The notes under the pieces were generated by a model. The model worked only from the letters and a program-made list of their open reading frames with translations, did no database searches and had not been told where the DNA came from. A DNA stretch of 64,000 bases from Treponemataceae bacterium. GTDB taxonomy: Bacteria > Spirochaetota > Spirochaetia > Treponematales > Rectinemataceae. The stretch lies in the NCBI GenBank assembly GCA_963678065.2, contig CAXXVZ010000003.1, forward strand, positions 864,001 to 928,000, written 5' to 3'. Made by a program: the position numbers and the translations under genes. Below are positions 18,303 to 29,600 of this stretch, in pieces (position 1 is the stretch's first letter; every line of letters begins with the position of its first letter).

Positions 18303-19652
18303 TCAGCGTTCGGGAATGGAGAGATCGTACTCGTGGATCTTGTTGAGCAAGGTCCGCCTGGTTATGCCGAGCTCCTCGGCCGTCCGCTCTCTGTGATATG
18401 TGTTCCGCAACAGAGCCTTCTCGATAGCCTCTCGCTCGAGTTCGGCGAGGCTTCTGACCTTCTCCCTGTTTCCGTTCTCTCCCCTCCCGGATGAAGCGCG
18501 CGACCCGCCGCTAAAGAATACAAAATCGCGAAGCTGCAGGACGGGTCCGTCCGAAAGGATCACTGCCCGTTCGATGGCATTCTCGAGCTCCCGCACATTT
18601 CCGGGAAAATCATAACTCTGCAGCTGCGAGAGAGCCTCGGGGGAGATGCCTTGGATCTTTCTGCCGAGCTCCGCGGCGAAGCGGCCGAGAAAGTGCCCCG
18701 CGAGCAGGGGTATGTCGCCCCTGCGCTCGCGCAAGGGGGGCAGAGAGAGACGGATGACATTGATCCGGTAATAGAGATCCTCTCGGAACCGTCCCTCGCG
18801 GACTTCCGCCTCGAGGTTCTTGTTTGTGGCGGCCACGATGCGCGCGTCGAAGGGTATGCCTTTGAGGGCGCCGAGTCTCTGCACCTTTCTGTCCTGGATG
18901 GCCCTGAGGAGCTTGACCTGGAGATGGAGGGGAATTTCGCCGATCTCATCGAGAAAAAGGGTGCCGCCATGGGCGGTCTCGAAAAGTCCGGCCTTGCGCG
19001 CATCTGCGCCGGTGAAGGCCCCCTTCTCGTAGCCAAAAAGCTCGCTCTCCATGAGTTGTTCGGGAAGGGCTCCCATGTTGACGGGAACAAAGGCTCCTTG
19101 TCTGCCGGAGAGCGTGTGTATCATCCTCGCCACGACTTCCTTGCCCGTTCCGCTCTCGCCCGTCACGAGGATGGTGGCCTGCGAAGGGGCGGCACGGTTC
19201 ACGAGCCTCAGGACTTCCCGCATGCCGTGGCTATCCCCTATGAGGTCAGGTCCCCCCTCCTTCCTGCGCCCCGCATCGAGCGATGACTGGGCGTTCCGGC
19301 CGGCGACAGCCTTCTGGAGGCGCATGAGGAGCTCGTCCGGATCGAAGGGTTTGACGAGGTAGTCGTAGGCGCCGAGTTTCATGGCGAGCACCGCGTCCCT
19401 GACCTCGCCGTGGGCCGAAATGACGATAACAGGCACCGAGGGGCCCGATTCGCGTATCCACCGGAGCAAGTCGAGTCCATCCAGACCTGGCATGCGCAGG
19501 TCAGTCACGACGGCGTCGAAGGGTTCTTCCTCGAGAAGCTTCTTGCCCGAGAGTCCGTCGTGGGCGAGGCTCACTTCCACCGCCTCGGGTTCGAGAAAAT
19601 CGGCGAGCGAACGGGCGAGCCGTTTTTCATCGTCGACGATAAGAACCTTCAT
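18303..19652 (-). CDS. Sigma-54-dependent response regulator (NtrC/AtoC family)
   Basis: Receiver (VDDE, DLRMPG), GESGTGKE, GAFTGA, FPGNVREL, C-terminal Fis HTH. Confidence 0.95.
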   Translation of the reverse strand: MKVLIVDDEKRLARSLADFLEPEAVEVSLAHDGLSGKKLLEEEPFDAVVTDLRMPGLDGLDLLRWIRESGPSVPVIVISAHGEVRDAVLAMKLGAYDYLVKPFDPDELLMRLQKAVAGRNAQSSLDAGRRKEGGPDLIGDSHGMREVLRLVNRAAPSQATILVTGESGTGKEVVARMIHTLSGRQGAFVPVNMGALPEQLMESELFGYEKGAFTGADARKAGLFETAHGGTLFLDEIGEIPLHLQVKLLRAIQDRKVQRLGALKGIPFDARIVAATNKNLEAEVREGRFREDLYYRINVIRLSLPPLRERRGDIPLLAGHFLGRFAAELGRKIQGISPEALSQLQSYDFPGNVRELENAIERAVILSDGPVLQLRDFVFFSGGSRASSGRGENGNREKVRSLAELEREAIEKALLRNTYHRERTAEELGITRRTLLNKIHEYDLSIPER

Positions 19653-19721
19653 GCGCCTCTCCTTGCCTGCAAAAAACCGCTCCGTCTTGAAACTATCGGG
19701 CGGATGCCTATACTTTACACC

Positions 19722-20558
19722 ATGAGAGAATCGGTAAGAAGCAGAAAAATCAGGGAGCCCGCGGTTTCCGGACTATTCTATCCGGGGAGCGCCCCGCTTC
19801 TCAAGGAACAGGTGCGAGGCCTGCTCGACACGAGCTTTCCCTGCCTCGACACTGCGCGCGCCATCACCTCTCCGCATGGCTGCTTTGATTTTTCAGGCTC
19901 CATCGCGGCGATGGCCTGGAAGGCCGCCTCTGGCCGCCAGGAAGTGCAGACCGTCGTGATTCTTTCGCCCTATCACAGGGCGACGGACGACTCTGTCTAC
20001 TTCACGGAATCAGAAGTATTCGGGACGCCATCGGGAAAGATCGATGTCGATCTCGAACTCGTTTCCGAATTGCAGGACTGCGCCACGGGATTCACCGTGG
20101 ACGACATCCCCCATCTCGTGGAACACGGTATCGAAGTCCAGCTCCCGTTCATGAGGGCCATCTTCCCGGAGGCCAAACTCGTTCCGATACTCATGGGCCG
20201 ACCCTCACTCCGCTCCACTATATCCCTCGCAAAAGCTCTCGGCCTCGTCTTCGCAAACTGCATGGACCACTGTCTCTTCGTCATCTCTTCCAACATCACG
20301 GCAGACAGAGACAGGGCGAAGGCGGGGGAAAAAGCGGGGCTGCTGCTGTCGCGCGCCCTGTCGGGTGACTGGAAAGCCATCCTCGACACGTCGGTCGCCG
20401 AGGAATATCCCTGCGGTTCATCCTGTCTCGCCGCCTTCATGGCCTCTTCCCTGGCTGCTGACCTCTCGCCCCAGGTGCTGGCCACCGGCGACTCGGCCGG
20501 ATTCGGCACCTGCGAGGAAGCCTACGTCGTGGAATACGCAGCCCTCGCCTTCGCCTGA
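19722..20558 (+). CDS. MEMO1-family protein (AmmeMemoRadiSam protein B-like)
   Basis: REPAVSGLFYP, EHGIEVQLPF, VPILMG, PCG, VVEYAA. Confidence 0.85.
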   Translation: MRESVRSRKIREPAVSGLFYPGSAPLLKEQVRGLLDTSFPCLDTARAITSPHGCFDFSGSIAAMAWKAASGRQEVQTVVILSPYHRATDDSVYFTESEVFGTPSGKIDVDLELVSELQDCATGFTVDDIPHLVEHGIEVQLPFMRAIFPEAKLVPILMGRPSLRSTISLAKALGLVFANCMDHCLFVISSNITADRDRAKAGEKAGLLLSRALSGDWKAILDTSVAEEYPCGSSCLAAFMASSLAADLSPQVLATGDSAGFGTCEEAYVVEYAALAFA

Positions 20559-20578
20559 ACTGCTGCCAGGCCGTTCTT

Positions 20579-21766
20579 TCAGTTCGAGGCTTCTGCCCGG
20601 CTTTCCGGCTTGTCACTCCGCTTCAGTTTCTTCATGACTTTTTTGTACCAGAACACCCGTCCGAGTTCGGCGAAGCGAAATAGCGTGTAGGCGAGCTTGC
20701 GGCAGGGATAGTCCCAGGAACCGGCCTTGTGGAGGATGGAGCCTCCAAAGCCTGTCTTGAAGCGGTAGAGTCCCGCCATGGGATGACCGGGATCGTCTGT
20801 GGGCGGGATGCCATAAAAATCGTAGTCGATGCAGCCAAAGGCATGCGCGGCGCGTATGGCGGCCCACTGCAGGGCATAGGCGGGCATGAGGTTGCGTTGC
20901 TGGTCTGATGAAGCGCCGTAGAGATAGACGGCGCGGCCGTTCATGAAGAGAGTTATGATGGCGGCGAGATCCTCTCCGGCATGGCGGGCAATCCAGATCC
21001 TGAGATCGGCGCCCGAACCGGCCTCGGTCGCCAGCGCCGCAAGTCGTTCATAGTAGGCCCGTGGGTGCAGGGCTATCCTGTCCCTGCGTGCGGTGAGCTC
21101 GTAGAGGCGATAGAACCGTCCGACGGCCTCAAGACCCTTGTCAGCCTTCTCCCCCACGCACGCTTCTTCTATTTCGACACCTTTTTTTTCGGCGAGCCTG
21201 ATGTTGTAGCGCCACTTCGGTTTCATGGCGGCGAGAAGCTCTTCCACGCCGAGTCCGAGATCGAGAAGGACTGTGTCGGGCGGCTGGACGTCGGAGGCTG
21301 CACGCACGAGCGGTTTCCCGACAGAAGGCCGCGCGAGCCCTGGCACGGCTCCGGGTTCCTCCGCCCCAAGCTCTTCCCTCAGCGCCCAGGGAGGATCGAA
21401 GCGGATGAACAGACAGCGGGACGAGAGCTCGGCGCGCAACGCGCGCGACAGCTCTGCGAGAAAGCCAGCCCTCTCCCCTTCGGGCAGGCCGAAAGCTGGA
21501 CCGTCGGGAACATACGCAAAGGTAAAGATACCCGCGACTTTCCGCTCGAGCACGAGGAGGGTCGACTGCTCTCCCCGCCACTCGATGCTGAACAGCCTGT
21601 CCTTCCACCCGAAAGCGCGTTTGAACTCACCCCAAAAGGGAGTCTGAAGGAAACTCGCCCGCGGGAATCCGTCCGCTCCGGCCAGCGCACGCAGTCCACC
21701 ATACTCCGCTTTGTCCAGGGTGTCATCGCGGGCGTCCTGGCGCGCGGGGACGACGCGGATGGTCAA
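20579..21766 (-). CDS. FemABX-family peptidoglycan bridge peptidyltransferase
   Basis: FLQTPFWGEFK, KWRYNIRLAEKKGV, YLYGAS, YDFYGI, GLYRFKTGFGG. Confidence 0.9.
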   Translation of the reverse strand: MTIRVVPARQDARDDTLDKAEYGGLRALAGADGFPRASFLQTPFWGEFKRAFGWKDRLFSIEWRGEQSTLLVLERKVAGIFTFAYVPDGPAFGLPEGERAGFLAELSRALRAELSSRCLFIRFDPPWALREELGAEEPGAVPGLARPSVGKPLVRAASDVQPPDTVLLDLGLGVEELLAAMKPKWRYNIRLAEKKGVEIEEACVGEKADKGLEAVGRFYRLYELTARRDRIALHPRAYYERLAALATEAGSGADLRIWIARHAGEDLAAIITLFMNGRAVYLYGASSDQQRNLMPAYALQWAAIRAAHAFGCIDYDFYGIPPTDDPGHPMAGLYRFKTGFGGSILHKAGSWDYPCRKLAYTLFRFAELGRVFWYKKVMKKLKRSDKPESRAEASN

Positions 21767-24087
21767 CCGACCTCGCCCTCGGGAACCAGTCCCAGAACGA
21801 AGGCGTTTTCATCGGCCTGCAGTTTCTTTGTGCCGCAGAAAACCGAGCCCCCTTCGGCGCGCAAGGGGATGGAGAAGAATGTGTCGACGTCGATCTCTGG
21901 CGGGACATGGCTCTCGCCGGATTGTCCCTCAAGCCTGACGCTGGCGCCCGGCGAGGCCCAGGGAGCACAGAGGACTTCGACGGCTTCCTTGCCGCCCTCC
22001 CCTTTCCGGGAGGCCGCGAGGAGCATGCCCCGGCTCTCGGTGCCGCGGAGTTTTGCAGGCTTCAGGTTGTTCACAAGGACGATGTTCTTGCCGAGGAGTT
22101 CCTCTTCTCTGTAGTAGGGCACGAGGCCCGATACGATCACGCGCTCCGCGCCGGAACCGTCGTCCAGTGTCTCGATGTAGAGCTTGTCCGCCTTGGGATG
22201 GCGCTCGATCTTCACGATCTTCGCGACGCGCAGGTCGACGAGCTTCGCAAAGCGCTCCTCGACGGGAAGATCGGCGAAAGGCAGCGGGGCCACAGCTTTG
22301 GCCGGAGTCAGGGCAGGTTTTCCTTCTTTCTTCGGTTCGGCGGCGGCTGGTCCCGGCGCTGAGGCGCCCGATACGGCATCGGCGGAAACAGTCGCGGCGC
22401 TCCCTCGCTCAGCCCTCTCCTTCTGGCTTCCGGAATATCGGGCGCGGTACTCGGCAATCTTCTCGTCCTCGAGCTTCGCGAAGAGGACTTCGCTTCGCAG
22501 TACCCTGTCGAGGCCCTCGGTCTTTCCGATATCGGACCAAGCGAGACCCTCGCCGCCGATAGTCTTTCCAAAGAAGGATGCGAGCTTGTCGGCGACAGCG
22601 GGCATGTAGGGATGCGCGATGATGGCGAGATCCTTGACTATGTACGTGAGGTCGCGGATGAGGGCAGCAGCCTTCGCGGGCTCGCTCGTCCGGGTCTTCC
22701 AGGGTTCGCCGTCCTGGAAGTGCTTGTTGGCGAGATTGGCGAGCTGGAAGGCGCTCCGGAAGGCGTCGCGCAGCTCGGCGCGCTCGAATCTGGCCGTGAC
22801 CTCGTCTTCGAGTTCCTGCACCTTCGCGCGGAAGATGGGATCGGGCTCTCCTTCGGGAATGACTCCGCCGTAGTAGCGGGACACGAAGGTCAGGGTGCGG
22901 TTCACGAGGTTGCCGAGGTTGCCGATGAGTTCGGCGTTCACCTTCTCCTGAAAATCGGTCCAGGTGAAGGTGAAGTCGCTCTTTTCCGGGCGGTTGTAGA
23001 AGATGTAGAAACGCCAGACATCGGCGGGTATGCCGGACTCGACCGCGTCGTTGCCGAATACGCCGACGCCGGCCGACTTGGAGAACTTGCCCGCCTCGTA
23101 GTTGAGGTATTCGGTGGAGGACATGTGGTGGAGCATGGTCCACTTCCTGCCCGAGCCGAGGAGACTCGAGGGGAAGATGACCGTGTGGAAGGGGATATTG
23201 TCCTTGCCGATAAACTGGAAGAGTTCGGTGTTTTCGGGATCGCGCCACCAGGATTCCCAGGAGAATCCCTTCTCGTCACCGGCGCAGGCGGTTATGGAGA
23301 TGTAGCCGATGGGAGCGTCGAACCAGACATAGAAGACCTTGTCCTCGAAGCCTTTCTTGGGAACGGGGATGCCCCACTTGAGGTCGCGGGTGATCGCGCG
23401 CTCCTTGAGGCCGTCGCGGATCCAGGCCTGGGTCATCTGGATGGCGTTGTTCGCCCAGAAGCCCTTCACGGAAGCTTCCTTCATCCAGGCTTCGAGCTTC
23501 GGGCGGACGGCGGGAAGATCGATGTAGAGATGAGTCGTCGACTTGAGGTGGGGAGTGCCACCGCATACGGAACATTTCGGTTCCTTCAGTTCGGTCGGAT
23601 CGAGGAGTTTCCCGCAGGACTCGCACTGGTCGCCTCTGGCTCCCGGATAGCCGCATGCGGGGCAGGTCCCCCTCACATAGCGGTCGGCGAGGAAACGCGC
23701 GCAGCTGTCGCAGTAGAGCTGCTCTATCGTCTGCTGTTTGATGAAGCCGTTTTTGTCCAGGTCGAGGAAGATCGACTGGGTGATCTCGGTCTGGCGCTGG
23801 GTCGAGGTGCGGCCGAACTTGTCGAAATCAATTCCGAACCATGAATAGATATCGCGGTGCAGGGCGTGGAAGCGGTCGCAGAGTTCGCGCGGCGTGATGC
23901 CTTCCTCGAGGGCCTTGGTCTCTGTGGCAGTGCCGTACTCGTCCGTACCGCAGACATAGAGGGTCTCGTAGCCGCGAAGGCGGCAGAAGCGGGCGAAGAC
24001 GTCCGCCGAAAGGACCTGTATGAGATTTCCCAGGTGGGGAACATTGTTGACATAGGGAAGTGCGGAGGTGATGAGGCGTCGTTTCAT
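21763..24087 (-). CDS. metG: Methionyl-tRNA synthetase
   Basis: ITSALPYVNNVPHLGN, Zn knuckles, YVWFDAPIGY, KFSKS, C-terminal tRNA-binding OB fold. Confidence 0.97.
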   Translation of the reverse strand: MKRRLITSALPYVNNVPHLGNLIQVLSADVFARFCRLRGYETLYVCGTDEYGTATETKALEEGITPRELCDRFHALHRDIYSWFGIDFDKFGRTSTQRQTEITQSIFLDLDKNGFIKQQTIEQLYCDSCARFLADRYVRGTCPACGYPGARGDQCESCGKLLDPTELKEPKCSVCGGTPHLKSTTHLYIDLPAVRPKLEAWMKEASVKGFWANNAIQMTQAWIRDGLKERAITRDLKWGIPVPKKGFEDKVFYVWFDAPIGYISITACAGDEKGFSWESWWRDPENTELFQFIGKDNIPFHTVIFPSSLLGSGRKWTMLHHMSSTEYLNYEAGKFSKSAGVGVFGNDAVESGIPADVWRFYIFYNRPEKSDFTFTWTDFQEKVNAELIGNLGNLVNRTLTFVSRYYGGVIPEGEPDPIFRAKVQELEDEVTARFERAELRDAFRSAFQLANLANKHFQDGEPWKTRTSEPAKAAALIRDLTYIVKDLAIIAHPYMPAVADKLASFFGKTIGGEGLAWSDIGKTEGLDRVLRSEVLFAKLEDEKIAEYRARYSGSQKERAERGSAATVSADAVSGASAPGPAAAEPKKEGKPALTPAKAVAPLPFADLPVEERFAKLVDLRVAKIVKIERHPKADKLYIETLDDGSGAERVIVSGLVPYYREEELLGKNIVLVNNLKPAKLRGTESRGMLLAASRKGEGGKEAVEVLCAPWASPGASVRLEGQSGESHVPPEIDVDTFFSIPLRAEGGSVFCGTKKLQADENAFVLGLVPEGEVG

Positions 24088-24162
24088 GGTTAAGGACAAT
24101 AATCGTCCGGTCGAGGGGCTGTCAAGTTCGGCGACCTCATGATACTATTCCGACCCGAAGAA

Positions 24163-24453
24163 ATGGTAGTATCGATGATCCAGGTCGTCTTCGAATTGCC
24201 CGAATCGACGTCCCTCAAAGACAAACGCCGCGTTGTCTCCGCGGTCAAGGAAAGGACCAGGCGCAAATTCCGCGTCTCCTGCGCTGAGGTGGATCTCCAC
24301 GATTCCCTCCGCTTCGCGCAGGTCGGGGCCGCCCTCGTGTCCAATTCCCGGGAATTCGGGGAGAAGGTGATGGAGTCCGTCCTCTCTTTCATGGAGGATT
24401 CCTTCGACATCAAGATCCACGATTCGCAGATCCATTCCGAGATATTCGACTGA
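24163..24453 (+). CDS. DUF503 protein
   Basis: SLKDKRRVV...KFRVSCAEVD.HD. Confidence 0.85.
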   Translation: MVVSMIQVVFELPESTSLKDKRRVVSAVKERTRRKFRVSCAEVDLHDSLRFAQVGAALVSNSREFGEKVMESVLSFMEDSFDIKIHDSQIHSEIFD

Positions 24454-24491
24454 AAACCGCGCCGCGCCGGCGCTCATCCGGAGGTTTTCCC

Positions 24492-25136
24492 GTGAAATCA
24501 AGGCCCCGATACGCTTTCCCCGCCCTCCTTCTTGCCGCCCTCGCGATGATCCTGATCCTGTCCTCCTGCGTCGACACCGACGCGCGGATCAGCATCGACA
24601 AAAAAGGCTCCGGAAACATCGTTCTCGGCTACACCGTCGCAGAAGGGCTCCTCAAGACCGGAGAGCTCGAGGCGAATGCCCGCCTCATCCCCTTCCCCGT
24701 CTCCCGCGAGGATTTCGAGCGGGGCATCGCGGGCACAAAAGGTCTCAGGCTCGTCTCGTATTCGCGCAGGGACAGCAAGGATGGAGCCATCATCTCCGCG
24801 AATATCGGCTTCGACACGCCCGCGGCCCTCGCGGCCTTCCTCGATCCCCGCGGCGAACGGGCGGCCTGGAAATCCGATGGCGGCAAGAACACCCTCACGC
24901 TGACCCTCGCTGGCGGCAATCCTTCACTCGACCCGGATATCGCCGCGCTTCTCAGGGAAGCCGCTGGTCAGGCCTCATTCAAAATTTCATTCAAGCTCCC
25001 CGCACCGGCCAGCTCCTCCACCCTCTCCGGCCAGACCGGAAAGCTTACGACCTCGGGAGACAAGACATCCTACGCGGTTCCCTTGGCGGAAATCGCGACA
25101 TCGGGATCTCCGATCGTCTGGGAAATCGTCTGGTAA
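24492..25136 (+). CDS. Lipoprotein
   Basis: Spirochaetal lipobox ILSSC; GGAGG RBS. Confidence 0.7.
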   Translation: MKSRPRYAFPALLLAALAMILILSSCVDTDARISIDKKGSGNIVLGYTVAEGLLKTGELEANARLIPFPVSREDFERGIAGTKGLRLVSYSRRDSKDGAIISANIGFDTPAALAAFLDPRGERAAWKSDGGKNTLTLTLAGGNPSLDPDIAALLREAAGQASFKISFKLPAPASSSTLSGQTGKLTTSGDKTSYAVPLAEIATSGSPIVWEIVW

Positions 25137-25249
25137 CCCGGCAGCCCCGAGCCCGAATGCGGCGGCCAAGGCGGTGCACTCGATTACTCGATTCGGCCGG
25201 AGGGCCAGACAGCGCAGCCTCCGGCGATGCAGCGTCGGCGAGCTCTCCA

Positions 25250-26446
25250 TCAGCGCGGGTCGCCCGTGCGCCTGCCACGCGATTGGGCGCCGAGTTGCAC
25301 GGCCCGCACTATTTTCCCGAGCCCCTTTTTCTCGATTGAAAATACTGCCTCTTCCGCCGCGCGCGATTTATCCTTCGTCGTGCCGAACAGATCGCCTTGA
25401 CTCTCCTGTTCCCTTTTTTCGATATCGGCATAGCCGAGCCCGATGAGGCGAATCGCCATGCCCCGATTCCACGCTTTTTCCAGGAGGGCGAGCGCATCGG
25501 AATAGGTCTCATCCGCGGTGTCGTAAGGGGCGATCCGGGAGAGTCGCCGCGATATCGTCGAGAAATCGCTGTAGCGCAGTTTGAGCACCACAGTGCGAGA
25601 GCTGAAACCCTCATCCCACATCCTGTAGGCGAGTTCATCCGAAAGCTGGCGCAGCAGCAGCGATACCTCGACGGAATCGGCGCAGTCGAGGTCGAAGGTC
25701 CGCTCCGTGCTCATCGATTTCGATCTGCTCTCCCCCGACATCATTCCCGGGTCCATACCGCGGCTCGCCCTGTACAGAAAACCGCCGCAACCCGCGCCGA
25801 AGCGGGACAGGAGTCTGGATTCGGTCCAGGTCGCGAGTTCCGCGACCGAGCCGATGCCCGCCTCGAGAATGCGCTCGCGCGTCTTGCCTCCCGCACCCCA
25901 CAATTTTTCCAGGGGAAGTCGCCGCATGAAATCGGCCTCGGCGCCCTCGGACACCTCGACGAGACCGCGCGGTTTTTCGAGCCCCGACGCGATCTTCGCG
26001 ACATAATGATTCGAGGCGATTCCGATGGACACGGTCATCCCTGTCCAGTCCTCGACCTCGCTGCGAAGTCGTTCGGCTGCGGCGCGTGGCAGACCCCACA
26101 ATCGCTGTGTTCCCGTCATGTCGAGAAAAGCCTCATCCACGGACACACGCCTGAAATCGGGACTGTAAGATTTGAGAATCTCCATGACCCTGGCTGACAC
26201 CTCGCAGTAGCGCGACATGCGAACGGGCAGGAATATTCCCTGCGGACAGAGTCTGTACGCCTCCGACACCGGCATCGCCGAATGAACGCCGAATGCGCGC
26301 GCTTCGTAAGAGCATGTGGAAACCACTCCGCGATGCCCCGGCGCGGCCCCTACCATCACGGGCTTTCCCACGAGTCCGGGATTATCCCGCTGCTCCACCG
26401 AAGCGAAAAATGCGTCGATGTCGATGTGGAAAATAACCTTGCCCAT
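25250..26446 (-). CDS. dinB: DNA polymerase IV
   Basis: HIDIDAFFASVE, SYEARAFGV, SVDEAFLD, KPRG, QGDLF clamp motif. Confidence 0.95.
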   Translation of the reverse strand: MGKVIFHIDIDAFFASVEQRDNPGLVGKPVMVGAAPGHRGVVSTCSYEARAFGVHSAMPVSEAYRLCPQGIFLPVRMSRYCEVSARVMEILKSYSPDFRRVSVDEAFLDMTGTQRLWGLPRAAAERLRSEVEDWTGMTVSIGIASNHYVAKIASGLEKPRGLVEVSEGAEADFMRRLPLEKLWGAGGKTRERILEAGIGSVAELATWTESRLLSRFGAGCGGFLYRASRGMDPGMMSGESRSKSMSTERTFDLDCADSVEVSLLLRQLSDELAYRMWDEGFSSRTVVLKLRYSDFSTISRRLSRIAPYDTADETYSDALALLEKAWNRGMAIRLIGLGYADIEKREQESQGDLFGTTKDKSRAAEEAVFSIEKKGLGKIVRAVQLGAQSRGRRTGDPR

Positions 26447-26536
26447 TATGCGCACAGCATATGGATGAGGGCTCCGCTCAGTCAACGCACTGAGGCCGCG
26501 CGACGACCGGAGGGAAGGTGCATTTTCATGCAATCC

Positions 26537-26565
26537 TTGACAGCAAATGATAATTCATGTAATTT
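26537..26565 (+). promoter_or_regulatory. Sigma70-like promoter for ppdK
   Basis: TTGACA-N17-TAATTT. Confidence 0.6.
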
Positions 26566-26611
26566 TAGATGATTAATTCACAATTTCTACCTATTTCGGA
26601 GGAAAATCCCG

Positions 26612-29600
26612 ATGGCAAAAACCAAATACGTCTTTGCGTTCGGCGGCGGCACCGCTGAAGGCGCCGGCATGAGCAAAGACATTCTCGGAGGCAAGGGATC
26701 AGGTCTCATGGACATGACCTCTATCGGTCTCCCCGTTCCCGCAGGATTCACGGTCGGCATCCCCGCCTGTGAAGAATATTACAAGGCAGGACGCAAGCTC
26801 CCCAAGAGCGTCGTCGACGAAGTCAAGGCCGCCGTCGTCAAGCTTGAGAAGACCGTCGGGAAGAAACTGGGCGACAACAAGGATCCTCTCCTCGTCTCCG
26901 TCCGCTCCGGCGCGGCGCGCTCTATGCCCGGCATGCTCGAGACCATCCTCAATCTCGGACTCAACGACATGTCCGTCGAGGGTCTCGCCATCAAGACGAA
27001 CAACGCCCGCTTCGCCTACGACAGCTACCGCCGCTTCATCCAGATGTACTCCACCACGGCGATGGGCCTCTCCAAGGAGCCCATGGAGGAGATGCTCTCC
27101 GAGATGAAGAAAAAAGTCGGCGTCAAGAGCGACACCGATCTCTCCGCCGAGAATCTCAAGGAACTCTGCGAGGAATTCAAGGCTTTCTACAAGGCGAACA
27201 AGGGCGACGATTTCCCCCAGGATCCCATGGAGCAGCTCTGGGGCGCCATCGACGCCGTCTTCAATTCCTGGGAAGCCGAGAAATCGGTGACCTATCGCCG
27301 CGTCGAGAAGATCACCGATCTCAAAGGCACCGCAGTCAACGTCGTGCAGATGGTCTTCGGAAATAAAGGCGACACTTCCGGCACCGGCGTCTGCTTCACC
27401 CGCGACCCGAACTCCGGCGCGAACGAATTCTACGGCGACTGCCTCATCAATGCCCAGGGCGAAGATGTCGTGGCCGGCATCCGCACCCCGATGAAGCTCG
27501 TCGAGCTCGAGACCCGCCTTCCCAAGGCCTACAAACAGCTCTGTCAGGTCCGCAAGATCCTCGAGAAGAACTTCAAGGAGATGCAGGACCTCGAGTTCAC
27601 GATCGAGGACGAGAAGCTCTACATGCTTCAGTGCCGCACCGGCAAGCGCCTTCCCTCCGCGGCTTTCAAGATCGCCGTCGACATGGTGAACGAGAAACTC
27701 ATCACCAAAGCCGAGGCCATCTCCCGCATCACCCCCGAGCAGATCGAGGGTGTCTTCTACCCTGTCATCGACATCGCCAAGGTCGGGCCCGCCAAGCTCA
27801 AGGAGCTGAAGATCGCCACAGGCATCGACGCCGTCCCCGGTGCCGCGACCGGCAAACTCGTCTTCACCGCCGCCGAGGCGGAAGCCCGCGCAGCCGCAGG
27901 CGAGAGCGTCATCCTCCTCCGCAAAGAGACCTCCCCTGAAGACGTCGGCGGCATGCACGCCGCACAGGGCATCCTCACCGCCACCGGCGGCAAGACCTCC
28001 CACGCGGCCGTCGTGGCCCGCGGCTGGGGCAAGTGCTGCATCGTCGGCTGCGAAGCCCTCGACATCGACGAGAAGGCGAAGACGCTCAAGGTCGGCGGCA
28101 AAATTCTCGTGGAAGGCGACGAAGTCACCCTCAACGGAACCACCGGCGAGGTATTCCTCACCGCGCTGCCCCTCAAGAAACCCGAGCAGACCAAGGAGTT
28201 CAAAACCCTTCTCTCCTGGTGCGACGAGATCCGCACCCTCAAGGTCCGCACAAACGCCGACACCCCCTACGACTCGGTCAAGGCCGTCGAACTCGGCGCG
28301 GAAGGCATCGGCCTCTGCCGTACGGAGCACATGTTCTTCGACACCGAAGAGCGCCGCCTCGCCATCCAGGAGATGATCGTCGCCGACAACCTCGAGGCCC
28401 GCAAACTCGCCCTCGCCAAGCTCCTTCCCTTCCAGCGCGAGGATTTCATCGGAATCTTCAAGGCCATGAACGGCAAGCCCGTCACCATCCGCCTCATCGA
28501 CCCCCCTTTGCACGAGTTCACACCGAAGGATGAGGCCGGCGTCAAGAGACTCAGCGAGGCGACCGGTCTCTCCCCCGAGAAGATCCAGCTCCGCTGCGAT
28601 CAGCTCCACGAGTCCAACCCCATGCTCGGACACCGTGGCTGCCGCCTCACCATCACCTATCCCGAGATCCTCGAGATGCAGGTCACGGCCATCATCGAGG
28701 CCGCCGTCGAGTGCGCCAAGAAGAAGGTCGTCGTCTCCCCCGAGATCATGATCCCCCTCGTCATCGACCGCAAGGAACTCAAGATCCTCGTCGACCAGAC
28801 CAGGGTCGTAGCCGACGCCATCATCGCCAAGGCCAAATCCAAGATCACCTACCTGGTCGGCACCATGATCGAGATTCCGCGCGCCGCCCTCCTCGCCAAC
28901 GAGATCGCCGAAGTCGCCGAGTTCTTCTCCTGCGGGACCAACGACCTCACCCAGATGACCCTCGGCCTCTCGCGCGACGACGCGGGCCGCTTCCTGCCCG
29001 ACTATGTCCGGACTGAAAAAGAAGGCGGCAAGGAAATCTTCGCCCAGGACCCCTTCGTCAGCCTCGACCAGTCCGGCGTCGGCCAGCTCGTCAAAATGGC
29101 CATCGAGAAGGGCCGCTCCACCCGCAAGAACCTCAAGGTCGGAATCTGCGGCGAGCACGGCGGCGAAGCCCGCTCCGTCAAGTTCTGCCACGCAGTGGGC
29201 ATGAACTACGTCTCCTGCTCTCCCTACCGCGTCCCCATCGCCCGCCTCGCCGCCGCCCAGGCCGCCATTGAAGAGAAGAAAGTCATCGCCGTGGCCAAGG
29301 CTGAAGCGAAGGCCCTCAAGGAAGCTGCCGCGGCCAAGGCCGCCGCAAAAGTTGCACCCCGCGCCAAAAAGGCCGTCAAGGTTGTCGCTGAGGTGAAGAA
29401 GCCCGGCCGCGGCCGGCCCGCCGCCGCGAAGCCCGAAGTTGCGGTCAAGGTAGCCAAGCTCTCCGCCAAGACCACCCCCAAGGCTGCGACAAAAGCCGCC
29501 GCCAAGATTGTCACCGTCAAGGAAGAGCCCAAGAAGGCTGGCCGCAAGCCCACCGGAGCCGTCAAGGCGGCTGACAAAGCCGCTCCCGTGAAGGCTGTCA

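Noticed and set aside
20579..21766. FemABX gene in a diderm as a horizontal acquisition
   Set aside because: Fem-family genes beside metG are a known spirochaete feature, and composition matches the core.
26699..29191. 830-aa antisense ORF over ppdK
   Set aside because: Shadow frame produced by strong C-ending codon bias; no motifs or RBS.
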